63,298 bases of DNA, filler included, from Bonamia ostreae (GCA_040357525.1; 25 parts of 25 records of this genome joined end to end with filler, not necessarily neighbours in it); one strand, 5' to 3'. Positions 13,319-25,160 are shown, numbered from the whole stretch's first letter. Numbers and translations are program-made. Notes: generated by a model from the letters alone, not told the origin.

Positions 13319-14406
13319 ACTTGAAACAGATTCACGTCACTTGAAAACTACGTATCAGTGCTAAATGAAGACACTTTGCCTCCAAGTGTAGAAGAACAAT
13401 GGGTATAATTAAATTTTTAAGTAGAAGTTCTGGTGGAATTTCCCAAAAGAACAAACTCACATTATACAAATCACATGTCAGATCTATTTTCGGTTATAAA
13501 GAACCAACGGATTATTGAAGGAGTTGAAACCGTTAGATTGTTAGCAGGACATAGAAAGTCACCACACACTAATTTCACGAAACTAACTATTTCAAAAAAT
13601 AATACAGAGACATTTTAAAAGCATTTTTCATTATCTTCGCTCTGTTTGGGAATCTGCGAGGCCAATGGAGTCTTTTTAAAAAGAAACTTACTCTCACACC
13701 TACATAAAAACTTTGTGGAAACTGAGATGAAACCACTATTCATATACTATTTGAATGCAAAGTGACAGGTCGATTGAAAATACAGAACAACAAGCAAAGA
13801 AGTTCATCAGCGATGATGGGAACTTTACATTGAAAATTTGCAGCAAGCGCCTTAAAAAAAACTTTGCCAGAAAGGCGCAAAAGACAAAAGGAAAATAAAT
13901 GTTAATTTTCGATCTGTCTCCTTATAAAAAAATAAATTAAAAATGTATTTACAATAACGAAAAACGCATGAAAATATATGATAACGTTAAGAGATCAAGC
14001 AAAAACTGAAAGAACGAAGATCTTCTGTGGAGAAGGAAATCGTTAGCAAGAACGTATTTAATAAAAAAGTGTAAATTCTGTGATAAATCATGAATGTGAA
14101 CAATATGCTATAAATACAAATTTAAAAGAAAGCGAACATCCGCTTCCGTGTGGATACACTTTTAAACACAGATAGCCCCATATAAGAATTAAATTAACAA
14201 TACTAACCGAAACGGAGAATTTAGTAAATCTATTATAAAAAATCTACATTATTATCCAAAAATGATGATCCATAGCTATAATAAGAAGGGTGGTTTTGAA
14301 AACGTAAATGTGCAAACGACTCAGATTTTACTCTTGTATGTACTTTATATTATCGATCGTTATACAATATTATAGTTTAAATATTATATTTCTTTTATAT
14401 AATATA

Positions 14407-14976
14407 ATGGAATCCCTAAAGCGAATCAAGAGATCATCAACTAAACAAAAGAAAAAGCTTGATCTCAGCAAAATCGATCCTCAAATACTCGACGTTTTCT
14501 TATTAAAAAAATTAGGACCTTCGTGAAGTTTTTGACCTATTTGATATCGATGGAAACCAATCAATTACTTATCACGAAATAAATAGGGCTTTTATAGCTT
14601 TGGACGACAAACAATCGATCAAAAAGGTTCCCAAAATTTCAATAAAAAGATTAGAAAAATGATTAAAAAGGTGGACAAAAATAAAGACGGTGAGCTTAAT
14701 TTTGAAGAATTTGTAGAATTAATGCATCAAAACTTAGAAAAATACAGAAAAATAAGTGACGAATCAGAATATAAAGCTGTTTTTGGACTGCTGGACAAAA
14801 ATGGGGATGGAGAAATATCAGCGGATGAGCTCTATCGCGTCATGAATTCAATCGGAATTTCTTTAAGTTATGAAGAGGTTAATTTGGCAATAAAGGAGAC
14901 GGACAAAGATTGTAATGGTACCATTAATTATAAGGAATTTAGAAATATGCTGATTCATGGACCTAAAAATGTTTAA
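14407..14976 (+). CDS. Calmodulin-like four-EF-hand protein
   Basis: EF loops DIDGNQSITYHE, DKNKDGELNFEE, DKNGDGEISADE, DKDCNGTINYKE. Introns 14494-14515 (22 nt) and 14627-14649 (23 nt). Confidence 0.9.
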
Positions 14977-15429
14977 TGATGATCTTTTTTATTTTATAGA
15001 CTCTCAAATTAAATATTTTACATACCGGGTCTCTATTCTAATGAGTACTTTATTTTCTTTTTCAAGTTTCTATAGAATTTGAGATACTTTTCATCTTTGA
15101 TATACACCCCATGTCACTTTATTATATCCATATATATATTTTTGCTTTAAGATAACGAGAATTTTTTAAAATGTTTTTTAAATGTCATGGCGACATTTTT
15201 ATAAGTTAAATGTTTTTNNNNNNNNNNNNNNNNNNNNNNNNNNNNNNNNNNNNNNNNNNNNTTAATTAATTAANNNNNNNNNNNNNNNNNNNNNNNNNNN
15301 NNNNNNNNNNNNNNNNNAGATAAGATTTATTGGAAGTTGCAATTACAAGACATTTAACAAAAATTCTCTATACGAAACGTCCTTAATATCGTATTCATAT
15401 ATCAAACATAAAGCTAATTCTAATCCGAG

Positions 15430-17764
15430 ATGTCTAGTCCTGTTCATTATCCTGATTCTGAATCACAATCGAGACTACGTTCAGAATCTCCAGAGACGCA
15501 GCGATCAATAAGTTCGCACGCAAAAAGACATCATCCGAATTCGCAAAGAGAACAAACCAATTCGGACAGGCCGTCGCAAAACGTCGAATCGACGATATTT
15601 GCTGACAGCCAATTGAGCCAAATAAACTCACAGCAGTTCAGCCAAAACGAGAATTTGCAGCGTTTTCGCAACGCGCAGATTTGGGGGACTGACATCGCCG
15701 TCGAAACTTGCATGTCTCAATTTGCCCTGTTTCTGCGGGAATACAGAGAAAACAGTGACTCCTCCCCAAAATATATCGAGCTTTTGCAAGATATCGAAGA
15801 AAACCAAATTTACCATTTGATGTTGAACTGCAAAGATCTGTTGAGCTTTAACACTAATTTGTACCGGCAACTTGTCAGCTATCCTCAAGAGCTGTTGCCC
15901 CTCTTCGACGAAGAAGTGAACAATTTGTATCGGAGAAAGTTTCCCGACGATTCGTCGTTTGAGAGAATACAAGTTTGCGAAAAAACATTTTTGCTTAATT
16001 TGAACATTTTGTGGCCAACTTAAAAATTAGCGCTTTCTGAAAATGCAATAAATCACATTCAAAGGTGAAACCCTTTAACCTCGAAAAAATATCGCGAATG
16101 CGCGACATCGACCCAGAAGACATTGACTGTCTGATTGCGTTCAAATCAATGGTAACTCGCGTCAGCGCTGTTATCCCTGAAATGAAGATCGGTTTCTTTC
16201 GGTGCTCAAAATGTGCCCACGAGACTCAAATCGAAGTGGACCGCGGAAGAGTGGCGCATCCGAAAGCGTGTGAAAACACCGCTTGCAAAACGAGGGACAG
16301 TTACTCTTTGGTGCACAACAGGTCTGTTTTTTCCGACAAACAATTGGTTCGAGCTCAAGAAACGCCCGAAACGATTCCGGAAGGAGAGACTCCGCAGACA
16401 GTCGAAATATTTTGCTACAGCGATCTGATCGACTCTGTGAAGCCGGGAGATCGACTAATTGTCACAGGCGTCTACAGAGCGGTTCAAAATATTTTGTGCT
16501 AAAATGGCGCACAAAAATCTGATAATTCGCAAATTAATTTTACCGAATTAAAATGTTAATTTTTGTGAATTTAATTTAAATGGCCAAAGGTCTCGATCCG
16601 GGTAAGCAGATTGCAAAGAAACTTAAAAGCGCTTTATAGAGGATATGTCGACGCCTTGCATTTCAAGAAAACGCTAAAACATAGCTTTAAAGTTGAAGAA
16701 AAATCGGGCGAGAAGAATTCAGAAGAAGGAATAGATGAAAAGAGATTGCGAGAAATATCGGAAGATCCCGAAATTTACCAAAAACTGGTCAATTCAATTG
16801 GTATTTTTGCAGATTATCGATCATAAAATTTGCAAACTAATGAATAAAATTTGGAAAAAATGGCTAATAAAAAAATTTAGCTCCTTCGATTTGGGAATTG
16901 GAAGACGTAAAAAGGGGGTTGCTTTGCCAATTGTTTGGAGGAGTGGCCAAAAAACGCGAAAACAAGTCTTTTTTCCGTTCGGAAATTAATGTTCTTTTGT
17001 GTGGAGATCCGGGAACTTCGAAATCTCAATTGTTGCAATATGTCCATAAAATATCGCCACGGTTTCAGAGATTTTGAATTTGTTAATTTTTGTAGATAAT
17101 CTCAATTTAGATTTTCTTTATTTTTAGATCATCTCAATTGCTTTATAATTTATTTTTTATTTTTTTTCATTTTTTTCATTTTGTTATTTTTTCATTTTGT
17201 CATTTTGTTGATTTTTTTTAACTAAATTTGCCATTAAACTTTAAAAAATAAGCGGAATCTACACAAGTGGAAAAGGCAGTTCGGCAGTTGGATTAACTGC
17301 CTCGATCTCTCGCGACCCAGAAACGCGCGAAACCGTTTTAGAGAGCGGCGCACTCGTCCTTAGCGATCGCGGCGTTTGTTGTATCGACGAATTCGACAAA
17401 ATGTCGGATTCCGCTCGATCGGTGCTACACGAAGTAATGGAACAACAAACCATCTCCGTCGCCAAAGCCGGTGTCATCTGCACTCTCAACGCACGCACGT
17501 CTGTTCTCGCTGCCGCAAACCCACACAAGAGTCGCTACGACGCGGCGATGTCCGTTGTAGATAACATTACTTTGCCGCCTGCGCTGTTGTCGCGATTCGA
17601 CTTGATTTATATTGTTTTGGACAAACCGAACGAACGGTTGGATAGAAAGTTGGCGCAGCATTTGATTGGGTTGTACAAGCTGGAGCAAGAGCAAAAAGAA
17701 AGAGATTTTTTGGATGCTAAGACTTTCGCAGCCTATGTCGCATTGGCGAGGAAAGAAGTGAACC
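15430..17764 (+). CDS. MCM4: DNA replication licensing factor MCM4 (3' partial)
   Basis: [93 protein letters not shown]. Four introns. Confidence 0.96.
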
Positions 17765-18027
17765 NNNNNNNNNNNNNNNNNNNNNNNNNNNNNNNNNNNN
17801 NNNNNNNNTTAATTAATTAANNNNNNNNNNNNNNNNNNNNNNNNNNNNNNNNNNNNNNNNNNNNAACGAAGCGTCAAAATAACCTGATTTGTTCAAAGTC
17901 CGAACCTGAGCTTTAAATTACAACATTTCTAAACATTTTTAAAATGTGCTGTTGTCCCTTAATTGTTCTCGAATTTAAAAAGTTTGGCGAAAAAATTTGA
18001 TCAAACTTTAAACTTTTTTAATATAAA

Positions 18028-18725
18028 ATGGGACTTGAAAACAAAATGTTTTTAGAAAATGTCTCACCAGAACTAAATTGCTCAATTTGCCATTTAGTCT
18101 TAGAAAATCCCCCTTCTTGTAAAGAAGGACATTTGTTCTGTTTAAAATGCATTTCAAAATGGTTTTTTGAAAAAAAAATCAACAACTCAAAAATTTTAAT
18201 TGAAAAAAGGATATTAATTAAATCAAATTGCCCGGTTTGCAAAAAAGATCTTCTTTCGAGCGCATTGAATAAATCTATTTTGGCCAAAAAAATGATTGGA
18301 CGATTGAAATCAAAGTGCAAAAACAATTTTTTCGAATATTCAAAATTGTTTCTACTTTAAAATTTGATTTAAGAGACAAAGAATGCAAATGGACAGGATT
18401 GTATGAAAACTTTTCAGATCACGATAAAAACTGCCCGAATAGACCTTACAAATGCGAGAAAGAACACATTTTCCCTTTTCAAAATTTATTATCGCACAAC
18501 GCAAATTGTAAAAAAACGTCAAAACCGTTTAAAGAAGTATTCAAAAATAAAATCGATTTAATCGATTTTTCTGAGCCATTTGGTATTTCAAATTTTAGTT
18601 TTTCGATTGCAATTTTTGTTGTGGACAAAATGCAAAGACGACATATCTTCGAAAACGAAGCGTCGCTTTGCCCACAAAGTTTAAAATGGAAAGTGGAGAG
18701 ATTTGACAAAAACATTTTTGTCTAA
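18028..18725 (+). CDS. RING-finger (C3HC4) plus TRAF-type Zn-finger protein
   Basis: CSIC..C.EGHLFC..C..CPVC, then C.WTG.Y....H...CP. Short introns; 3' end uncertain. Confidence 0.75.
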
Positions 18726-19023
18726 AAAATATTGATTTGCAAAAATTTAGTCAATAATGATTGAAAATTTAAAATGTTGAAGAATTGTATTCAGATATTG
18801 AAAATTCGGATGACGACTATTTTGATTACGATTATCCGATTGCACCGTATTCCTGCGATGAATATTTGGACCCGCTTTTTTTCGATAACAATTTTTCCGT
18901 GAACCAAGAATTTGAAGATGATTTAAGCGGTACAGAAACATGACGTAAATTTTTTTGCCATTTTATTTTTTAAAACTGAGATCAATTTTTTTACTGTTTT
19001 ATGATCGAAATGTAAAGCAAAAT

Positions 19024-19947
19024 TTAAAATTTACTCAAACTTTTCTTAATAACAAGTCTCATCGATCTTCTCTTGCCATTTTGGCCATTTTTGATCAATT
19101 TATTTTTTTTAGTTTGGCCATTTTTGATCAATTTATTTTTTTTAGTTTGTTCATTTTTGATCAATTTATTTTTTTTAGTTTGGCCATTTTCGATCAATTT
19201 ATTTTTTTTGACTTTTTTTGCTTTCTTCTTTTTATTCGATTTTTGTCGTTTTTTTGTGTCTGAAATAGCTTCGTTACCACCATTCCGCAACATTTCCCGT
19301 CGTTTCCGTTTTTTCTTTATTTCCGTTAAAGCGTCATCGATCGATCTCTGTATTTCCGGCGTGATTTTCTTCTTATATTCGCCGAGCCATCCCGGCTCGT
19401 CCGCGGGGTACCATTCAAGTTTAGCGACTTGTACTTTGTGACAAGCGTAATATAGTCGGTAAGCGTCGATGCTACTCAAATTCAGTGCTTTGTAGCAATC
19501 GGGCATCGCCAACGGGGGGTCTTCCCATTGTTTGTCTGGCAACAAAGGGGGATTTTCCTCTAAAACCAACAAAGTCTCTTCCGATTTGTGGAAAGGGGAA
19601 TAGCGAGGGCTTTCCCCTTTCAATTTAAACAAATCGTTTCGGCGCCGTCTTTCGGCGGCGAGAAATTTAGCCAAACGCAAAATGGCGCGGAAATGCTTAA
19701 TATTGCTTTTGCACCACAAAACTGTGGGGTGCTTGCGATGGGCGATTTTGTAAACTCCTTTCGGAATGCTTTTTTTGAGATCGCAATCGCATTTTGGGCT
19801 CAAATCGCATTTTTTGGAATGGACGGAATAGTGCCAAGAAGTGGACAAGATTTGGGCATATTCCGTGACCATTTTGTGGAGATGTTTGTCGCCATGCCAC
19901 ATGGCGCATTTTTGCAAATCACGGGATAAAAAAAAGAAATTGACCAT
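19024..19947 (-). CDS. Pyrimidine-dimer DNA glycosylase/endonuclease V-like family protein (bacterial/phage type) with basic repeat tail
   Basis: MVNFFFL..CAMWHGDKHLHKMVTEYAQILST..YKIAHRKHPTVLW..PPLAMPDCYK..IDAYRLYY..K matches the MNIFxL..HxDKHVVKM.LEYAQLLST..HxNHP..W..PQAMP..AYRxYY pattern I recall from bacterial and phage proteins. No introns. Confidence 0.75.
   Translation of the reverse strand: MVNFFFLSRDLQKCAMWHGDKHLHKMVTEYAQILSTSWHYSVHSKKCDLSPKCDCDLKKSIPKGVYKIAHRKHPTVLWCKSNIKHFRAILRLAKFLAAERRRRNDLFKLKGESPRYSPFHKSEETLLVLEENPPLLPDKQWEDPPLAMPDCYKALNLSSIDAYRLYYACHKVQVAKLEWYPADEPGWLGEYKKKITPEIQRSIDDALTEIKKKRKRREMLRNGGNEAISDTKKRQKSNKKKKAKKVKKNKLIENGQTKKNKLIKNEQTKKNKLIKNGQTKKNKLIKNGQNGKRRSMRLVIKKSLSKF
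19075..19208. repeat. 33-bp coding tandem repeat (KKNKLIKNGQT) x4
   Basis: ggccatttttgatcaatttattttttttagttt repeated. Confidence 0.9.
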
Positions 19948-20159
19948 TTTGCTATTAAAGCTCAAATGGATTTTTGCGTTTTAGTATATTGTTTTTAGCT
20001 GAAAGTTTTAACAATGGGAGGAGAAAAATTTTCATAATTTAAATATAATAAAAACAAAGAAAAATTTTCATAAAATTTTATTTAAAAACGAGTTAAATTT
20101 TAAAAAAACAATATTATAAAACAATTTGATATATCTAAAATTTAGTAAAAATCGGCTAA

Positions 20160-20311
20160 ATGTTCGAAGCGCGGCTAATCCAGGGACAGCTATTCAAAAA
20201 ACTGATTGACTCTATAAAAGACCTCATCACAAACTGCAATTGGGATATCAACAAAAGCGGTTCGGCTAATTTTTACTCGAAATTTAGCCAAAAACATCTT
20301 CTTTTCGAATC
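20160..20311 (+). CDS. PCNA: PCNA, first exon (3' partial)
   Basis: MFEARLIQGQLFKKLIDSIKDLITNCNWDINKSG is the canonical PCNA N-terminus, followed by a GTT donor. Confidence 0.93.
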
Positions 20312-20411
20312 NNNNNNNNNNNNNNNNNNNNNNNNNNNNNNNNNNNNNNNNNNNNTTAATTAATTAANNNNNNNNNNNNNNNNNNNNNNNNNNNNNNNNN
20401 NNNNNNNNNNN

Positions 20412-20999
20412 AAGTTTTTTGAAAGTTAAAAATTTGGTGAAAAATAAAAAACGTCCAATTGGTCTCAGTGCAATCCCGAGCAAAATGACCTTCGACGCCG
20501 CAGTTAAAACTTTTTTAATCACAAAAAATTACCATTTCGTTCCGAATTTGGATCCTCTGAAGCCGTTCCGCCCTCTGTACGGCGGACTTCTTCTTCGATA
20601 CGACGGACTCCTCCGGCTTCTCCTGCGACTGCGACTACGGCTTCTCCCGCGATTTTGGCTGCGACTGCGACTTCTCCCGCGATTTTGGCTGCGACTGCGA
20701 CTTCTCCCGCGGCTGCCACTTTTGCTCGCAGAATTGCTCTGCGATTTGCTTCCGCTGTCAAATTCGACCTCCAAAGTGTTCCCGTCGTATTTTTTCCCGT
20801 TCAAACCGTCGATGGCTTCTTGCGCCTCTTTTTGCGTTTTGTAGTCCTTTTAGAGGTGAGAAGTCTAAACGACGTAAGCGTAGTCGCTGTAGAGTTCGAA
20901 GTCGACGACTTCGCCATATTTCTCCAATTCCTTCTCGAGCTCTTGTCCCTCTGTTTTTTCTGTCAGCTTTCCGATGTGAAGTCTCGTTTTGGACGGCAT
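20412..20999 (-). CDS. SR splicing factor, RRM + RS + CCHC zinc knuckle (RS2Z/SRSF7-like; 3' partial)
   Basis: MPSKTRLHIGKL..DYAYV[24-nt intron]DYKTQKEAQEAIDGLNGKKYDG, then an RS tract, then [23-nt intron 20510-20532] CFNCGVEGHFARDCTETNW. Confidence 0.85.
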
Positions 21000-21125
21000 A
21001 GAATTAGAGGGTTAAGTTTGTCTTGATTATATGTAATTTGTAAAACTTGCAGAATTTATTGTTTAGCAATTTTTATAAGCGTTTTCGATATAATTTTATA
21101 TTCAGTTCGAAGCTTTAAAATCATC

Positions 21126-22552
21126 ATGTCGGGTTCGAAAATTGGTCGGAGATTGATAACGATCTCGTTGTTGTCAATTTTGGCTGTCAATTTTATCGCT
21201 TTTGTCGCGTACGCGCTCGTTCAGAAAGAGCTGAGCGCAGACGCCTTCAAAAACGAAAGTTTCTACAGAACGAATTTTGGGAAGACGTTCAAATTTTTGT
21301 CAAATTGGGATGGCCACTATTTTCTGGCCATCGCTGAGCGCGGATACGAGGAGCCATCCCATCACGCCTTTTTCCCTTTGTACCCTCTTTTGATCAGATT
21401 TTCGGCGTCTTTCCTCAGTTTCGGTCTAAAAAATTTTGACTTTTTTTCTCTTCTGCTGGTTTCGTCTCTAATTATCTCCAACACAATGTTTCTCTTGTCT
21501 GTTCTGGCTTTTTACAAGTTACAAATTTTACATTGAAAGGCTCACAATTTGTGTTTTTAAGGACCGTCCAAAATTTGCCTTAAAATCGTCGTTTCTTTAT
21601 TCGTTCAATTTTGCCAGAATTTTTATGAGCGCAACGTTTTTAAAACATTTTTGCAGCTACAGCGAATCTCTGTTCGCTTTTATGTCAATGACGGCGTTTA
21701 GACTTCATTTGGAAAAAGATGAGCTAAAAGCCGTCGGACTTTTTTTTCTCTGTACTTTTGTGCGGTCGAATGGGATTCTTTTTTCCGGGTTCTATTTTTT
21801 CCGGTTTGTGAGGGATTTCCTGTTGAAAAGAACAATCGATGTTCGATCTTTTAATGTTTAGACAACGAGAGCTTTAAAATATTTGATTTTCGGATTTTTC
21901 ATAATATCGCCTTATTTTTTGTGGAATTTTTGCGGATATAAAAAGTTTTTGGAAATGGTCATTTTAAGGTATTGTTCGAGCGAAGAGGATTTTGCCCGAA
22001 ACGAATTTTGTTCTGAAATCAATTTTATCCAATTTTACTCTTTTCTTCAATCGAAATATTGGTTTTGATCTCAACAAAACAAAAGGAACGTCGGATTTCT
22101 CAAGTTTTACAAATTAAGTCAAATTCCAAACTTCTTATTGGCGGCGCCTGTTCTCTTTTTCAGCGCTTACTCGATTTTTCTGTATTCCAATAAAAACTGG
22201 CAAAATTTTGTTTCGATCGGATTCTTCGACGGAAGTAAAAAAAGTTTGGAAAGAAGTGTTGAAAACATTTTGTTTTCTTCAAAATTGCTGGTGTTCCATT
22301 ATTATTGGTCGATATTATGCTTCATCGCGATTTTTGTTATGAACGTCCAAGTTTTGAAAGTTTGTCGTAAAGGTGTCTTCGAGGTTCATGTCGACTTTTC
22401 CTCTCGTTTATTGGTATTCGTGTTATTTTATAAACTACAACCAATTTTCGAGTAAAAATCATCAGAAAATGGCGTGTTTTGTCGAAAAATGGTTTGTGGT
22501 TTATTTTGTTGTCGGATGCATCGCGTTTCCGTTGTTTCTTCCATGGGTTTGA
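21126..22552 (+). CDS. PIGV: GPI mannosyltransferase 2
   Basis: WDGHYFLAIAERGY, AFFPLYP, YSESLFA, RSNG, QSKYWNVGFLKFY..QIPNFLLAAP, NVQVSSRF, FLPWV*. Six introns of 21-24 nt (21518-21539, 21636-21656, 21841-21861, 21945-21968, 22062-22085, 22351-22372). Confidence 0.93.
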
Positions 22553-22957
22553 GGGGAAATGTGTCAATAAATTTTCAATACAAATTTTTCGTTACAAAAA
22601 TTCGAAAATCTTTTAAATGGATAAAATTGCCAAAATTTCAATAACTAATGGATAAATCCAAAAACGGCAAATCCTTGTTAAAGGCGAAAACATTTTTAAC
22701 TAAAATGTCGAGAGATTAAATCCTTGTTAACTAATTTTTTCTATTTGGTTAAATAAAATATCTTTTTTGAATAGAAATAAAAACAGCCGGACAAAATTTA
22801 AATGAACAATGTCAAAATTTAACAATGACTTTAAGAAATTATTTTTTTGATTTTTATNNNNNNNNNNNNNNNNNNNNNNNNNNNNNNNNNNNNNNNNNNN
22901 NTTAATTAATTAANNNNNNNNNNNNNNNNNNNNNNNNNNNNNNNNNNNNNNNNNNNN

Positions 22958-23513
22958 CAGCTGTACTTTTAATGCTCCGAACGGCGAAGCGTACAGAGTG
23001 AGAGGCAAACTTCTCTATTCTTTAACAGTTAATTGCCAAGAAAACGGATTGCCAGACGTCTTAGATGTAAAATTACTGAAAACGACATGTGAAGTTCCAG
23101 ATTTGCCTTACGTAAGATTTGAACCCGGTTGTTCCAATGTAATGGTTGGAGATAAATGTCCTTTTGTTTGTGAAGAGGATTATGAAACGAGCGGTGGTGC
23201 CCAGAATGGAGTAGCAGTTTGCAAAGAAACCTTGAACGGTTTATTTGAATTCGAGGGAGATATCGGTTGCTATTTAAAAGAAAAAAAGAGCAATACCTTG
23301 GTCATAGTTCTTTCAATTTTCGGATCTGTTTTGGGAATATCCTTATTGGCTGTGTTGTTTTTGCACTGCAGAAAAAGGATCTGTAAAAAAAGCGATTCTA
23401 CGTTGCCAACTGTTTTGCCAGTCAAAACGGCTGATTTGAAAATCCAAGAAAACATGAACGATATCGAAGAAGACAATGAAGAAATTGTAGAAGATGTATT
23501 TTCTATTAATTGA
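22958..23513 (+). CDS. Sushi/CCP-like type I membrane protein (5' partial)
   Basis: CEVP..C...VGDKCPFVCEEDY..AVC..F....C module, TM LVIVLSIFGSVLGISLLAVLFL, basic stop-transfer residues and an acidic tail. Confidence 0.7.
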
Positions 23514-24086
23514 TGATTTGCTGTCTTAAATGCCTTATATTGTTTCTAATTACATTTTTTACTGAAAAATTTCAAATATCTTTTAATTTTAAATGCTTTA
23601 ACGTCTCTGTTATTTACTATGGCAACTTTTCTGATAAATAGCAACTTTAGATTTATTCAAATATCTTCCGATTTTTAGTAAAATCTTAGACAAATTTTGC
23701 AATTTGATCATTTTATGAGTATGTTAAAAAATCTAACGCAAATTTTTTTTTGTCAAATTTTGATTTCTTTGAAAGTGTGTTGATTGTTAAATTTTGATTG
23801 TTAATTGCATTGTTTTTACAATTTCAATGCTTTCTTTTATAATCTCTATCGAAAGATTTTGTAACAATTTTTCGTAATTTGTTTTGTCAGATTTTTTTCA
23901 TTTGAAAGATTGTTTCGCGATTAACTTTTGATTCCTATGATTTTAGTATGAAAGAGCGGTGAAGAGGGATATCTACAACATCAATTTTAATTTTCATAAA
24001 ACTTTTTTGCACTTATTTTTTCTTCAAAAATAAGTTTAATGGCAACATAAGTTTCAAGTTTATTTATTCTAAAATCAAGAGTTTAA

Positions 24087-24378
24087 GGTGTGTCAAGACA
24101 AGAAATAAAGTCTATTTTAAAATCTTGCTCTTCTTGTTTGTCGAAAAATAATTTACGAACAAAATCAGTTATTAAACCTGTCGTTGCATTGTATCCCAGG
24201 GATCGCTGATTTAATTGATTTGGAATTTAAAAATGCCAAAACTACTCTAAATGGATTTAAAAAATTATTTATCTACATAAGAAATCAAGTGATTTTACAC
24301 ACTGAAAACGGCAAAGAATTTAAAAATAGTCTATTAGCCAAATATTGTTTCATGGATTCAAAGAAAAGTAGAAAGGCT
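24087..24378 (+). pseudogene. Decayed retroviral-type integrase (rve; GIN/Ginger-like)
   Basis: GVSRQEIKSILKSCSSC..KPVVALYPRDR, frameshift, then IADLIDL..ILHTENGKEFKN. These correspond to the Zn CxxC, the first catalytic D and a SDNGxEF-like motif; internally deleted. Confidence 0.7.
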
Positions 24379-24599
24379 TAACTCGACTTTGAAAAACTCA
24401 TTATCTGCTGTTTCTTCGACTTATTGCCATAATGGAGAATGGTTATTTTACACGCTGTTGTTAAACCCATAATTCTGTTCGACACAAAACAACTGGTTAC
24501 TTGCGATGCATTTTTGCGAACAAAATTAAAAACAAGCAATTTGAATCCTTGGTTAATTGAAGCCAGACGATTTGAACTTGGCAAACAAATCTAATTAAC

Positions 24600-25160
24600 A
24601 AACTAGATTAGGCGTGAACAAAATGGTAGATAGATGGCGATGGAAGAACTATGTAAAATTTGGTTTGGGTATGTTATTTTACGATTGGTTTGCGGAATGA
24701 ATGCCGCACATTTTTTGAATGTTATGCTCAGTGTAAAAAGACATGAGAATTATAGATATCGATGAATGTCATTAATAATCAAACAAGAATCGAGTAGGAA
24801 GAAGAATAGCCAGTGAGAAGTTTTGGGTAATCTGTGTATCGAAAAAATATTTCTGACGATATTCTGTCTAGAAAAAAATATTTCTAGACAGAGAGATGAC
24901 AGAGTTCTGAGTAATATAGTGACACGAAATGTTGCTCCTTTGTTTTGAATTATTACTGATTGTTTGAGAGGATACAACAACTTACAAATATTGGGATGTG
25001 ACGACCTAATAATCAACCTTCGCAGAAATTTTGTAGACCCTAAAAACAGGTGGATTCACAGACAATATAGAACGTTTGTTGAGACCTTTAAGAACTTTTG
25101 TTCCAAAGCAACATACAGAAAAAAATGCTCAAACTTGACATGATAGATAGATTCCAAGCG
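24600..25160 (+). pseudogene. Decayed Merlin/ISXO2 (IS1595-like) DDE transposase
   Basis: RDDRVLSNIVTRNVAP..IITDCLRGYNNL..LIINLRRNFVDPK/TGGFTDNIERL resembles IxTDxWxAY..VNHSxxFVDPxTGxHTNxIE. Contains stops and frameshifts. Confidence 0.7.

Noticed and set aside
13192-13330. H/ACA snoRNA or spliceosomal snRNA interpretation of the twin hairpins
   Set aside because: No correctly placed H box plus terminal ACA on one strand, and no recognisable snRNA motifs.
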